Notes: generated by a model from the sequence alone, not told the origin. A DNA stretch of 64,000 bases from Candidatus Bathyarchaeia archaeon (GCA_049516875.1 JBEKSS010000004.1:107371-171370); one strand, 5' to 3'; shown: positions 52,374-62,079, numbered from the stretch's first letter. Made by a program: numbers and translations.

Positions 52374-53093
52374 CACACCAACCTTTCTTTCAGTTCTGCA
52401 AGGGAAACTGCACCTGAGACAGATTCTGTGATGATCCCATTGCGAAATCATGACTCTGGTCAGAATCCACATCAGTACTAGGCCTGTTAGGTAAAGGTCA
52501 ACAAATATACTGCGCACAAGTTGATCGATTCCGATTAACATCAAAGAGCTTCCCAAAACAAACAGCATGTTTGCGACTAAACGCGTCCAGCTCTTGAACT
52601 TGAATTGTACGAGCCCCAATACGGGTCCGAATTGTCCGATGAGAACAGCTGGGAAACCTATGGCTTCGGCGTTGAGTCCGAGGAAGAAGTATAGAACAGT
52701 CACGTTCATGGCGACGATGCCTCCGATGAGCAGCCCAGTGCACGCAGCACAGTAAGAAGCGCCATTGAACCGTATCGTATGGGCTGAAAATCTTCCACAG
52801 TCAGGATGATGCCCCTCTGAGGAAACAGGAAAATCTGTTTTGACACTCGAGTCCTTTGACGTTTCGGCCATCTGCGTTTTGTGCGTGGCCGAGCACGTTC
52901 TGGGAGAGACAGCCACAAAGCTTCCCCCAGCACATATCAGGAAGAAGACTGAACCGGCCAACGGTTTTCGCCAGAGATAGTTCTGCGTCGTTGCAGGCGG
53001 GAAGATGATCATCAGTAGGATTATGAGCAATCCGAGCAGCGAGCAAGCAATCATGAATCTCAAGATGAGATTCGGTTCTGTGCGTGCTTTCAT
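52329..53093 (-). CDS. Cys/His-rich multi-TM membrane protein
   Basis: GHHPDC...H...YCAACTG and HHRICLRC motifs; six hydrophobic segments; coupled to the radical SAM gene. Confidence 0.65.
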   Translation of the reverse strand: MKARTEPNLILRFMIACSLLGLLIILLMIIFPPATTQNYLWRKPLAGSVFFLICAGGSFVAVSPRTCSATHKTQMAETSKDSSVKTDFPVSSEGHHPDCGRFSAHTIRFNGASYCAACTGLLIGGIVAMNVTVLYFFLGLNAEAIGFPAVLIGQFGPVLGLVQFKFKSWTRLVANMLFVLGSSLMLIGIDQLVRSIFVDLYLTGLVLMWILTRVMISQWDHHRICLRCSFPCRTERKVGVLASSTQPVQSADDK

Positions 53094-54574
53094 GCAGCGG
53101 CGCCCGTGAACAAACTCTTGAACTGCTCCAGCAGCGATCTACCGGCCATGTATCTGAAAACCCTTCTCTTCATCTTGTTGTCGGAGAAGACTCCCTGAAG
53201 CTTCCTTTTCCACGGCCCGTAGAAGCTTCTGTAGCATTCGTAGAGTTGCTCCTGAACTTCTTTTCTTGACAATGTTTCAGTAGGCATAATGGCGTGGACC
53301 ATGTCGTAGTGTGACCAGTTGAAGTCCTCGATCCACCCGTTTCGCTTTGCTTCTTCAAAGAGTTCTGTTCCAGGAAACGGTGTCAGGGTACTGAACATCA
53401 CAAAATCTGGGTCCAGATCGTTGGCGAACTCTGATTGGTTTCTTATGGATTTCGCGGTGTCTTTGCGTCCTCCTATTATGAACATTGCGTGTGCAAAGAT
53501 TCCGTTGTCCTTGAGGAGTTTCACGGCTGTTCTTGCTTGGTCCGGCGTTATGCCTTTCCTGAATCCTTCAAGAGTTGACGGCTCAGAGTTCTCAACTCCC
53601 AGAAGAACCCAAATGAGCCCGGACTTTCGCAGTTTCGGCAACACTTCTTTGTTCTTGATTATATCATCGCATCTGGCTTGGACAAACCAGGTTTTTTCGT
53701 CGGCTGCTCCATTCCTGATTATCTCGTCGGCCAAGTCGTTGGCACGATTGCCAGCGCCGAAGTTGTCGTCTGTCAACCACACGAATTTGCTTCCGAAGTT
53801 TCTGTGGCAAAACTCCATTTCATCTGCGATGCGCTTGGGAGTTTTCAGTCTCCATTTTCCCTGCCAGTGTCGCCACTGAGTGCAGAAAGAGCACTCATGC
53901 GAACATCCTCTCGAACCTTCAATCAAAGCGTATCTGCTGTCGCGTCCCGCCATCATGGCAAAATGGTACTTGTCAATCGTGTCCTTGACTAGATGATAAC
54001 CTGGGTATGGCAGTTGATCTAGGTTCTCAATCAACGGTCTGGGAGGGTTGTGCATGATTTGTCCGTTGTGTCTGAAAGAGATGCCTTTGATTCTTGGAAA
54101 GGCGCTTTTATCTTTTGGCTTGGTTGCGAGTTCTGCAAGAGTCTGTTCTCCTTCTCCGCGGATAATCACGTCTATTACAGGGTATTCCTTCAAGCTTTCT
54201 TGTGCTGTGGCTGTGAAATGCTGACCTCCTGTGATCGTGAGGATGTCCGGGTTTACGTTCTTGACCGTTTCAAGAGTCCTGGCGACTACGTAGGTGTTAC
54301 AGGTGGCCAAAGAACTTGAAGCGACGATGTCAGGACTTGACGATTCGATCCGTTTCTCCATTCGCTTCCAGTCTGCTTGTTCAGCGTTGCAGTCGAGGAT
54401 TTCAATATCGACGTTCTTGACCTCTTTTTCTAAATATGCAGCAAGCTGGATGATTCCATATGGCGGTGGCAGGTACTCGCCCATTACAAAGAAATAGTCT
54501 TTGGGTGGTTCGATGAACAGAATTTTCAAGTTGATCCTTCTCTGAAGAGTTTGCAAAGATGGTCTTTTAAGCAT
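53090..54574 (-). CDS. B12-binding radical SAM protein
   Basis: PPYGIIQLAAYL, GGQHFT, GEGEQT, SRGCSHECSFC (CxxxCxxC), TPFPGT motifs. Confidence 0.9.
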   Translation of the reverse strand: MLKRPSLQTLQRRINLKILFIEPPKDYFFVMGEYLPPPYGIIQLAAYLEKEVKNVDIEILDCNAEQADWKRMEKRIESSSPDIVASSSLATCNTYVVARTLETVKNVNPDILTITGGQHFTATAQESLKEYPVIDVIIRGEGEQTLAELATKPKDKSAFPRIKGISFRHNGQIMHNPPRPLIENLDQLPYPGYHLVKDTIDKYHFAMMAGRDSRYALIEGSRGCSHECSFCTQWRHWQGKWRLKTPKRIADEMEFCHRNFGSKFVWLTDDNFGAGNRANDLADEIIRNGAADEKTWFVQARCDDIIKNKEVLPKLRKSGLIWVLLGVENSEPSTLEGFRKGITPDQARTAVKLLKDNGIFAHAMFIIGGRKDTAKSIRNQSEFANDLDPDFVMFSTLTPFPGTELFEEAKRNGWIEDFNWSHYDMVHAIMPTETLSRKEVQEQLYECYRSFYGPWKRKLQGVFSDNKMKRRVFRYMAGRSLLEQFKSLFTGAAA

Positions 54575-55249
54575 GTTGATCCACCGAGCCAGTACTCAAA
54601 CTCAACAACCTAGAATCTGGGCGCACGAAATCCTTAGAACAGCGATTCGAAGACCTGTAAGTTATCGACGAGTTGAGCTGAATTGGAGTTTTCACAAAGG
54701 AAAGAATAAGGGTAATTACAGCTTGAACATGGCTGGGCATAGTAAGAGAAATTCTAAGGCTATTGGAGATGGAATAACCACAAAGAGATACGAGTTATGC
54801 GAAGGCGAAAATGGTTTTAAACTGCTGGATAAAGCATTGAATGCAGAATATAACTTTGTGGCGCGCACGCCCAGCTCTCACGTTTGGGTTTTGGGATAAA
54901 ACTTTACCCCTCAAGCCGCACCACGCCACGCGCTCTCTACTACTCTCTACAATTAACTAACACACACACTCTAACACACCTACCTACCTACCTACTCTCT
55001 CCATATCAGACACACACGCACAAGGAGACAAGGGGTAGGCAAGGGAAAGAGACTCCTGTTTTTTTTCCTTAGGATCCTTAGGGGAAAAAGAAAGGGGGAA
55101 AGACACACACGACGGGGGGAGAGGAGACACACACTACTAGGATGAATATCAGACGCTAAAAGGTAAGGCAGTTACATATCGTCAATAAGTTTAATGTTCC
55201 ACTATCCCATTTAAACTCACACTTTCGCATTGTGCCAAACGCGCCGTCT

Positions 55250-56074
55250 TCATTTTGGCCTTTGGAGCTTCAAGAGGACGTTAATTGAAGACAGAAAAGT
55301 GTAGAACATCCAATCGTACCATGCGTCTTTGTCATATTCCCCTTGTTGCTCACGGTTATGATGGCGTATGTCAAAGTTGTTTATTATGTTGAAAAGGTCA
55401 GAATCATCTTTGGCCGGAAGTGTAACGCCTTCTTTCCTCAAATATTCCAAGATATCAGCCAACGTTCTGACAGCATCTTTCTTGTCATCCAAAGTCGCAT
55501 TATGCCTTCTATACTTGATTATTGCCCCGCGTCTTCTATCATCTATGTTTTTCGGGTCACTTGTTATCATCACTTCTTCCGATATGGACTCCAAACCAGT
55601 TGGCGCGATTTTTAGAATTTCACCTGTTACAGACAGTTCATATCCTGACTCGTAGTTTCTTAGAATACTGTTCATCTCTTCACGATATCTCGCCTTTCCG
55701 CTTGCTTCATCATAATCTTCACCGTGCCATCCACAATCATTCCATTTATGATACCATTTTGTTTTGGGTTCTGACGCATAATCATAGAGAAATTCAATAA
55801 CAGAAAACAACTTTAGCTCGTCATAACCATTAATGTTCTGTTGAATGGGCCATAAGTTGTGTATTCTCAATTTCATAGAAAAGAATAATTCAGGGTCAGA
55901 TCCCCACGCTCCGGTTATGACTTCTTTATCTACGCACTTGAAACCTGTTGCTTCTCGAAAATACAAGTCCTTTTCAAGCTCTTCAAACTTGAACAGAAAG
56001 AATTTCTTTAGTGTTTCAAAATTCAACGGTTCGGGCTTCACTGCTCCTCTTCTTTCAGCATAGTACTTCCTCAT
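55250..56074 (-). CDS. AbiJ-like protein (N-terminal domain plus HEPN-like C-terminus)
   Basis: LFSVIEFLYD...N.ILRNYESGYEL (AbiJ-NTD-like); KKDAVRTLADILE...NNFDIRHH. Confidence 0.6.
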   Translation of the reverse strand: MRKYYAERRGAVKPEPLNFETLKKFFLFKFEELEKDLYFREATGFKCVDKEVITGAWGSDPELFFSMKLRIHNLWPIQQNINGYDELKLFSVIEFLYDYASEPKTKWYHKWNDCGWHGEDYDEASGKARYREEMNSILRNYESGYELSVTGEILKIAPTGLESISEEVMITSDPKNIDDRRRGAIIKYRRHNATLDDKKDAVRTLADILEYLRKEGVTLPAKDDSDLFNIINNFDIRHHNREQQGEYDKDAWYDWMFYTFLSSINVLLKLQRPK

Positions 56075-56165
56075 GGTATCGCCCCCTAAGAGAAATACCA
56101 GCTCAACAGATTATAGATTTTTGCTTAATTGTTACTGTGATGACATTTGACCTGAGAAAAGCGCA

Positions 56166-56490
56166 TTATTTCCAATGTAGTAATCTAAGAAATTCAGCCC
56201 ATATTTGATAATGAAAGGTTCGATAGTAATCATGCTTTTCTCCAACGAATATCATGTCATAGACTCTCTTCATTCTCTTGTTGAACTTTGCGTCATTTTC
56301 GCAAATTCCCTCCAATATTCGTTCCCATAACTGAGGTCGGTAGCGTGCGATATTGGAAGCTACAAATAGCAGCAGAACATGTGTGTCTGGGTATGCACCT
56401 TGTTCTGGGAACTTTGAATGAAACTCTTCCCCAAAATCCTTGGAGTCAAAATCCATCATCGAAAGCAAATTTGTTTTACCTGCTTCTATT
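56166..56490 (-). pseudogene. C-terminal fragment of a YaaC-like (HEPN-related) gene
   Basis: LLFVASNIARYRPQLWERIL motif. The fragment begins at a TTAGCGCGCGCG motif. Confidence 0.55.
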
Positions 56491-56600
56491 CGCGCGCGCT
56501 AAGACAGAAGAATGGAAAAAGGGAAAATGGGTTAGTGAGTGAAGACCACTAGGTAATCTTGAAATCAGACTTTTATACCTAAACATTAAACAAGTTAGAA

Positions 56601-56909
56601 GTGAGAAGGTTTCAAATGAGCAAAGAGTTTGACCCAATAGTGAAGAAACTGGACTTTTTGGCTGAGAGAATCAATGCCCTGACTCTAGTCATTGCTTGCA
56701 AGCCAAATAGTGAACAAATCAACAAACTCTTGAAGGGAGAAAGCCTAAAAGAACAGATTCGCATTCTCAAAGAATGGGATTTTTCCAATGAAATAATAGC
56801 GTCTATGATAGGCACTACTCCAGAAAGCGTGAGAGTCACGTCATTCAAAAAGAAGCCTATAGGAAAAAAAGAGAAACAACTCAAACCAGAACAGAAGGTT
56901 AGTCAATGA
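56601..56909 (+). CDS. small coiled-coil plus HTH protein (1)
   Basis: KEQIRILKEWDFSNEIIASMIGTTPESVRVT HTH; basic tail. Confidence 0.7.
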   Translation: MRRFQMSKEFDPIVKKLDFLAERINALTLVIACKPNSEQINKLLKGESLKEQIRILKEWDFSNEIIASMIGTTPESVRVTSFKKKPIGKKEKQLKPEQKVSQ

Positions 56910-57211
56910 GCAAAGACCAGAAAGACCTTCTGAAAAGACTTGATGTTTTGAACAATAACATTGAGTTACTTGGGAAAATCATTGCTGTCAATGTGGGAAA
57001 AGAAACATTCTTCAAGGAAAACAAGCAAAAAGAACAACAAATCGCTTTTCTAGCTGAATTGGGATTACCACGCAACATCATTGCATCAATGGTGGTCACA
57101 ACACCACTTACTGTTAGCGTCACGAAAAGCCAAAAGAAGCCAAAGAAAAAGCCCCTTCCAGATAAGGCAGAACCTAAAGAAGTAAGTGCGGAGAAGACTA
57201 GCGGAAATTGA
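56906..57211 (+). CDS. small coiled-coil plus HTH protein (2), paralogue of 56601
   Basis: EQQIAFLAELGLPRNIIASMVVTTPLTVSVT; ATGA overlap with the previous gene. Confidence 0.7.
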   Translation: MSKDQKDLLKRLDVLNNNIELLGKIIAVNVGKETFFKENKQKEQQIAFLAELGLPRNIIASMVVTTPLTVSVTKSQKKPKKKPLPDKAEPKEVSAEKTSGN

Positions 57212-57978
57212 ACAAGGTATTCCAAGCCATATGTAAGAAAACATGGAAAACTGAGCCGAAAACACCGCGAGACACAATCTATCACAGAATTGCGGCATTC
57301 AAAAGGAAATCAAACATAGCTTCGAAAAAACTTTCAGAAATTGTATATGCCTACGAAGTAATGCGGATTGCTGTTCAAAAACTCGACATAAGTAAAGAGG
57401 AACTTGAAGAACTACAAGAATGGTTGAGCAAAAAACCGCAACAACAGAAGGACATCAGACAAGAAAGAAAAATAATTGTGACTAACAAAATCCGAAAAAA
57501 GGTCGTTGACGCTTTCGGTCTTCCTTCCAATATCTGGAATGAAGCCAGCAGAATGGCTAAGGCATATCCAGACATGTATCTTTTTGAGAATCTGGTAAGA
57601 CATGCTGTAATGACTGTGCTTGAGAAAAAATACCAAAAAGATTGGTGGAACGTGCCTAATGTAGCCTCAAATGAAATCAAGAGAGACGTGGAGAAACGAA
57701 AAAGGCAAGAGAAAGAAAACAGATGGCATTCCAAGAGAGGAGTCCACGAGATTTTCTATACCAACTTTGGTGACCTTAGCCGCATAGTCGCTACTAACAT
57801 TAAGGAATTCAAGAAGGTATTCGGAGACCTTCAAATCGAAGCTGAGATGAAAAAGCTGGAACTTTCAAGAAACATCATTGCACACAACAACCCTTTACCG
57901 CCAAAAGAAACAAAGAGAATCGAAATCAGTCTGGATGACCTAAGAAAACAACTAGACGCATACGTTAAGAACAAGTGA
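57208..57978 (+). CDS. Swt1-family HEPN domain protein
   Basis: YLFENLVR...KYQKDWW...FYTNFGDL..I...SRNIIAHNN (R-x4-H); TTGA overlap with the previous gene. Confidence 0.8.
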   Translation: MNKVFQAICKKTWKTEPKTPRDTIYHRIAAFKRKSNIASKKLSEIVYAYEVMRIAVQKLDISKEELEELQEWLSKKPQQQKDIRQERKIIVTNKIRKKVVDAFGLPSNIWNEASRMAKAYPDMYLFENLVRHAVMTVLEKKYQKDWWNVPNVASNEIKRDVEKRKRQEKENRWHSKRGVHEIFYTNFGDLSRIVATNIKEFKKVFGDLQIEAEMKKLELSRNIIAHNNPLPPKETKRIEISLDDLRKQLDAYVKNK

Positions 57979-57984
57979 TGAGTC

Positions 57985-58018
57985 TTTGGTTTTGCGGAAG
58001 AGTTATAACTGAATCATG
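57985..58018 (+). repeat. cassette-junction repeat, copy F (opposite orientation)
   Basis: TTTGGTTTTGCGGAAGAGTTATAACTGAATCATG, 6 nt after the HEPN stop. Confidence 0.8.
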
Positions 58019-58056
58019 AACACATCTGACTGTTTAATTCTTGGGGAGGTGATAGG

Positions 58057-58521
58057 TTGAAGTTTAGTAACGTGATTATAGCTACGGTTTCTTTGGTTCT
58101 GTTGGGTCTAATCCTTAATGCTTTCTTGATGGTTGGATTAATATCAATGAATAATGACAGGCTGGCTGACATGCTTTCTTTCATTATTGCCGTTCTGGTG
58201 TCTTCACTTGTTGTTGGTTACGTGTTCGCTCTAAGGATTCAAGAGGACTCCAGAATCAAAGCAATAGGAGTTATTGACGTTCTCTCTACCTTCACGGTCC
58301 TCGTATTCGATTCAATCTGGATATCCAACACCTACGGAGGCGAGTGGTTCACGGAAGACCTAAACAATGCGTTCAACACGAGTGGATGGACACCTTATGA
58401 ATATGCTGCCCATACGGCACTCTTAGTAAGCATTGTTACTATCATTGGATTCGTGGTTATTTTCATCGGGCTCTATGTTGGCTCAATGCTCAGAAAATCT
58501 TCTGCAAAGACCAAAGAATAG
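58057..58521 (+). CDS. 4-TM hypothetical membrane protein
   Basis: GGAGGTGA RBS, TTG start, four hydrophobic segments, C-terminal GLYVGSMLRK. Confidence 0.75.
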   Translation: MKFSNVIIATVSLVLLGLILNAFLMVGLISMNNDRLADMLSFIIAVLVSSLVVGYVFALRIQEDSRIKAIGVIDVLSTFTVLVFDSIWISNTYGGEWFTEDLNNAFNTSGWTPYEYAAHTALLVSIVTIIGFVVIFIGLYVGSMLRKSSAKTKE

Positions 58522-58683
58522 CAAAACCATCATAACCTAGCGCGCGCTCGCGCTTACGAAGGCATTCAAAAAGAGTAATCCGAAATGGGCTGAGTTTTTC
58601 AAAATCAAAGACGAGTGGGTATCTCTATTCGTTCCGCTTAAGGAAGAGAATTATAAAGTTGGGGGTTAAATGTATGCCTAGGG

Positions 58684-59298
58684 GTGAAAGAAAACGTGAA
58701 GAACAAGATTGATTTGGGAGCTGGAGTGGCGTCATATCCGATGCCTGTCGTTCTGGTGGGGGCGATTGTAAAGGGGAAACCAAATTTCCTGGCAAATGGT
58801 TTCTTTGTTAACGCTGGCTACAAACCGCCGAAAGTAGCAGCGGTGCTGAACAAAGCGCACTACACAAACCAGGGAATAAGGGAGAATAAGACGTTCAGCG
58901 TATGCATTCCGTCGGAGAGTATGGTGGAAGCCACAGACTATTGTGGACTCGTCTCTGGCTCTAGGGTGGATAAGTCAAGGGTTTTTGACGTGTTTTACGG
59001 CAAGTTGAAGACCGCGCCTATGATAGCAGAGTGTCCCGTGAACCTCGAGTGCAAACTAGACAGGATTGTAGATACTGGCCAGCAGCATGAGATGTTCATC
59101 GGAGAAGTTGTATCCACTTACACGGAGGAAAATTATCTGACGGATGGAACAGTGGATCTCCGAAAGACTAAACCATTCGTGCTAGCACCGATTCTACTAG
59201 CGCGCGCGCTGCTACACAAAGACTTAATGTATTACACTTTGGGCAAACCTAAAGGTAAAGCCTTCAGTGTGGGCAAAAACTTCAAGACTAATAAATGA
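58684..59298 (+). CDS. flavin reductase-family (flavoredoxin-like) protein
   Basis: YPMPVVLVG, DYCGLVSG...DKS, APMIAECPVNLEC and HEMFIGEV motifs. Confidence 0.88.
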   Translation: MKENVKNKIDLGAGVASYPMPVVLVGAIVKGKPNFLANGFFVNAGYKPPKVAAVLNKAHYTNQGIRENKTFSVCIPSESMVEATDYCGLVSGSRVDKSRVFDVFYGKLKTAPMIAECPVNLECKLDRIVDTGQQHEMFIGEVVSTYTEENYLTDGTVDLRKTKPFVLAPILLARALLHKDLMYYTLGKPKGKAFSVGKNFKTNK

Positions 59299-59947
59299 AA
59301 CCTCATGACTGTATTGAATAGGCCAGAAACTCCAAACTCACTCACTGGCGATGTCTTCATAGAAAAACCAGAACTACGCATAGCCTAAAGAGCAGAGCCT
59401 CTTCTTAGACCCGTTTTTCTGTTTTACACTTTCGACATATTCTTTATTAGCTACGAGAACTAAGCTATTGATGGTATATCAACGCTTATGACGGTTTGCT
59501 CCCGTAGACCCAATGTTTTTTTGGCTTTAGGCTAATTCTGATATACCAATCAAGAATATCCGTAATCTCATACTTAAACATAGTAGACGACAACACAAAC
59601 TTAGGGGCTGCAAAAAAGCGCGCGCGCCCCGAGCGCCAAACAGCCTATTTGTTCTTTGCGATTCTGTGAGTTCTATGTAGCCGCAGTTTTCGCAGTAGCG
59701 CGCTAGACCAAAGGAAGATATAAAATAATAAAAATGAAGATGGGCAGGAAAGAAGAAACTAATACAGTGAGAATTTTCCCCCATTCTGAGATGGGCAGCC
59801 AGCGTTTGAACGCATCGAATTTGCGCGCGCGCATAAAGCGTATAAGCAAACTGCAAAAAAATAGCAATCTTGATTTCTCCAGATTAGAGGAGAGAAGCGC
59901 GCGCTAAGCCAGTTTGACCAATTGATCCTCAAAAAAAGGTAGCACTG

Positions 59948-61225
59948 ATGAACAAGAACAAGTCAAGGGATGAGCTGGACCCCAAACGAAGATCTCATTG
60001 GTTTTCAAGTATTCCTTTGAAGGCGGGGTTCTCAAACTTGTCCTCCCAAGTATATGCTGTCGTGTTTTTGGGTTTTCTCCTGTCGCTTGGAGGTAACATT
60101 GCCTACTCGTATCTTGCCATGTTCTTGGCTGGAAAAACGCAGACAGGTGGATTAGAGTTTGATCCCTCGATCGTTGGTCTGATGCTGACAATTGGTGGGC
60201 TAGCAAGTACTTTCACAATGCCCTTGGCCGGACACCTCTGTGACAGGTTCGGGAGAAGAAAGTTGATGTTGTCATCACTGATTACGCAGATTGTGCTGAC
60301 CCTTGGCTTTGCGTACGCTCACAGTTACGCAGAATTTCTACTGCTCTACGTGGCACTTGCGATCATGGGTGCTTTTTACTCCCCCGCGTACAGTGCGATG
60401 ATCGCGGACCTCGTTGAACCCGAAAAACGAGAGCAAGTCTACGGTCTAAGCTACATGATCGGCAACGTGGGCTGGATGGTTGGATATCCAATCGGCGGTT
60501 TGATCGCAAGCGTGAGCGGGTATTCTCCTCTGTTCATTTATTGCGCAGCTTTCACATCTGCAGCGGCAGGTGGTTTCGCCTTGTTAATCAAGGAGTCGAA
60601 GCCTGGTATTTACACGAAATCTTCACACATTGTTGCTTCGATATTCAAGGACAGAACCTTTCTCCTCTTCTGCCTAATGTTCTTCTTGACAAACTTTGTC
60701 TACGCACAGTTTTACAACCTGTTATCTGTCTACACCGAGCATCTAGGCTTTGAGCCATACGTTTTTGGCACTTTGGCATCTATGGCCGGTGCCATCGTGG
60801 TGACGCTGCAGATACCGATCCGGCAAGGCACTGTGCGAATAGGCCCGACGAAAGCCTTCATAGTCGCTCAGACGTTATTTGCGTTGGGATTTGTTTTCTT
60901 CATGTTTGCTTCGAACTTTGCCCAATTTGCAGTTGCGATTGCCGTTCTGACTCTGGGGGAAATAATGTTCTATCCGGCGGCTTCCGCTTTTGCGGTAAAT
61001 CTTGCACCTGTAGAAATGCGGGGAAAATATATTGCTCTGACGGCACTTTTCTCCGGAATAGGAGGTTCAACAGCATCGCTGACGATCTTCAGTATTTATG
61101 GATTGTTGGGTAACAAAAGCTTGATCTGGGGGATTTGGGGAACCCTTGGGTTCGCGATTCTCCCTGGCTATTTGATACTATTCAAGATGGCTAAGAGAAA
61201 CAGATCAATTCCGACGGGGCAATGA
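59948..61225 (+). CDS. MFS transporter
   Basis: GHLCDRFGRRK motif A; about 12 TMs; APVEMRGKY. Confidence 0.9.
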   Translation: MNKNKSRDELDPKRRSHWFSSIPLKAGFSNLSSQVYAVVFLGFLLSLGGNIAYSYLAMFLAGKTQTGGLEFDPSIVGLMLTIGGLASTFTMPLAGHLCDRFGRRKLMLSSLITQIVLTLGFAYAHSYAEFLLLYVALAIMGAFYSPAYSAMIADLVEPEKREQVYGLSYMIGNVGWMVGYPIGGLIASVSGYSPLFIYCAAFTSAAAGGFALLIKESKPGIYTKSSHIVASIFKDRTFLLFCLMFFLTNFVYAQFYNLLSVYTEHLGFEPYVFGTLASMAGAIVVTLQIPIRQGTVRIGPTKAFIVAQTLFALGFVFFMFASNFAQFAVAIAVLTLGEIMFYPAASAFAVNLAPVEMRGKYIALTALFSGIGGSTASLTIFSIYGLLGNKSLIWGIWGTLGFAILPGYLILFKMAKRNRSIPTGQ

Positions 61226-61315
61226 GTCGGGGCTTGTTAGTAAGGACGCGCAATGACTATTTTGTTTGTTTTGCATGTATGGATGTAAAGAGAGAGAAGG
61301 AAGGCGCGTGCGCTA

Positions 61316-61413
61316 ATCCTCGCCTGATGCCTCAGATCCAACATATAATAGACAACACCAACCAACACGCCTGCAGCAGCAACAACAGCTGAGATCTCTG
61401 TAATGTCAACCAT
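61316..61413 (-). pseudogene. N-terminal fragment of a DUF4760-like membrane-anchored protein
   Basis: MVDITEISAVVAAAGVLVGVVYYMLDLRHQAR, then a break at TTAGCGCACGCGCC. Family assignment is from recall only. Confidence 0.55.
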
Positions 61414-61444
61414 TCATAACACCAAATCATGCAGTTTGTTTCGT

Positions 61445-61478
61445 TTCGGTTAGGCTATAACTTTTCCGCAAAACCAAA
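61445..61478 (-). repeat. cassette-junction repeat, copy E
   Basis: Reverse complement TTTGGTTTTGCGGAAAAGTTATAGCCTAACCGAA. Confidence 0.9.
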
Positions 61479-61490
61479 AACTGGCTCTGT

Positions 61491-62049
61491 TCATGCGGTT
61501 TTGGTTAGTATTTTTGGTTCTTTCCATTCCTCTCTGAGGATGCTGAGGAGATAGAAATCATTCCATACTCCTCTCCACAAGCTGGTTTTTTCGCATAGTT
61601 CCTTCTATTTGGAAACCTACTTTCTTCAAAGTCTTCTGTGCCGCCTTGTTTCTTACATTTGTGGCTGTTTGTATACGGACGATGTCTTTGCTGAGAAACA
61701 GGTAATCAACCATTAGTTGAGTCGCTTCTGCTCCGTAATCTTTTCCTCTCTCGCTGGGAACCAAGAAACAGCCGAATTCCAGAGTCCCGTATGGCTGATT
61801 GGTAAATTGCCACATAAGCCCTATTTTAGTTCCGTCCTTCTTCTGAATTATGAACGGGTTGTCCATCACCGCTTTTTGAAAGTCGTTGGGATAATTATCA
61901 ATCAATTGCGTCAAAACCCATTTTGGAATCTGCTCAAAAACAGGATGCGTGTATTCCCCCCAGAAATCTAAGTCATTAGCACACGCAAATTGAAAATCAA
62001 CGTCCTCTTTCTCTACCTTTCTCAAATTCACAAGTTTACCTTCAAGCAA
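61491..62049 (-). pseudogene. RimJ/RimL-type GNAT, frameshift near the C-terminus
   Basis: MLEGKLVNLR...ERGKDYG...NKAAQKTLKKVGF. An extra G near 61576; the shifted frame ends RGVWNDFYLLSILREEWKEPKILTKTA*. Confidence 0.8.
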
Positions 62050-62079
62050 CTTAATTCACCAGTCCACGCAGTTACTAGG

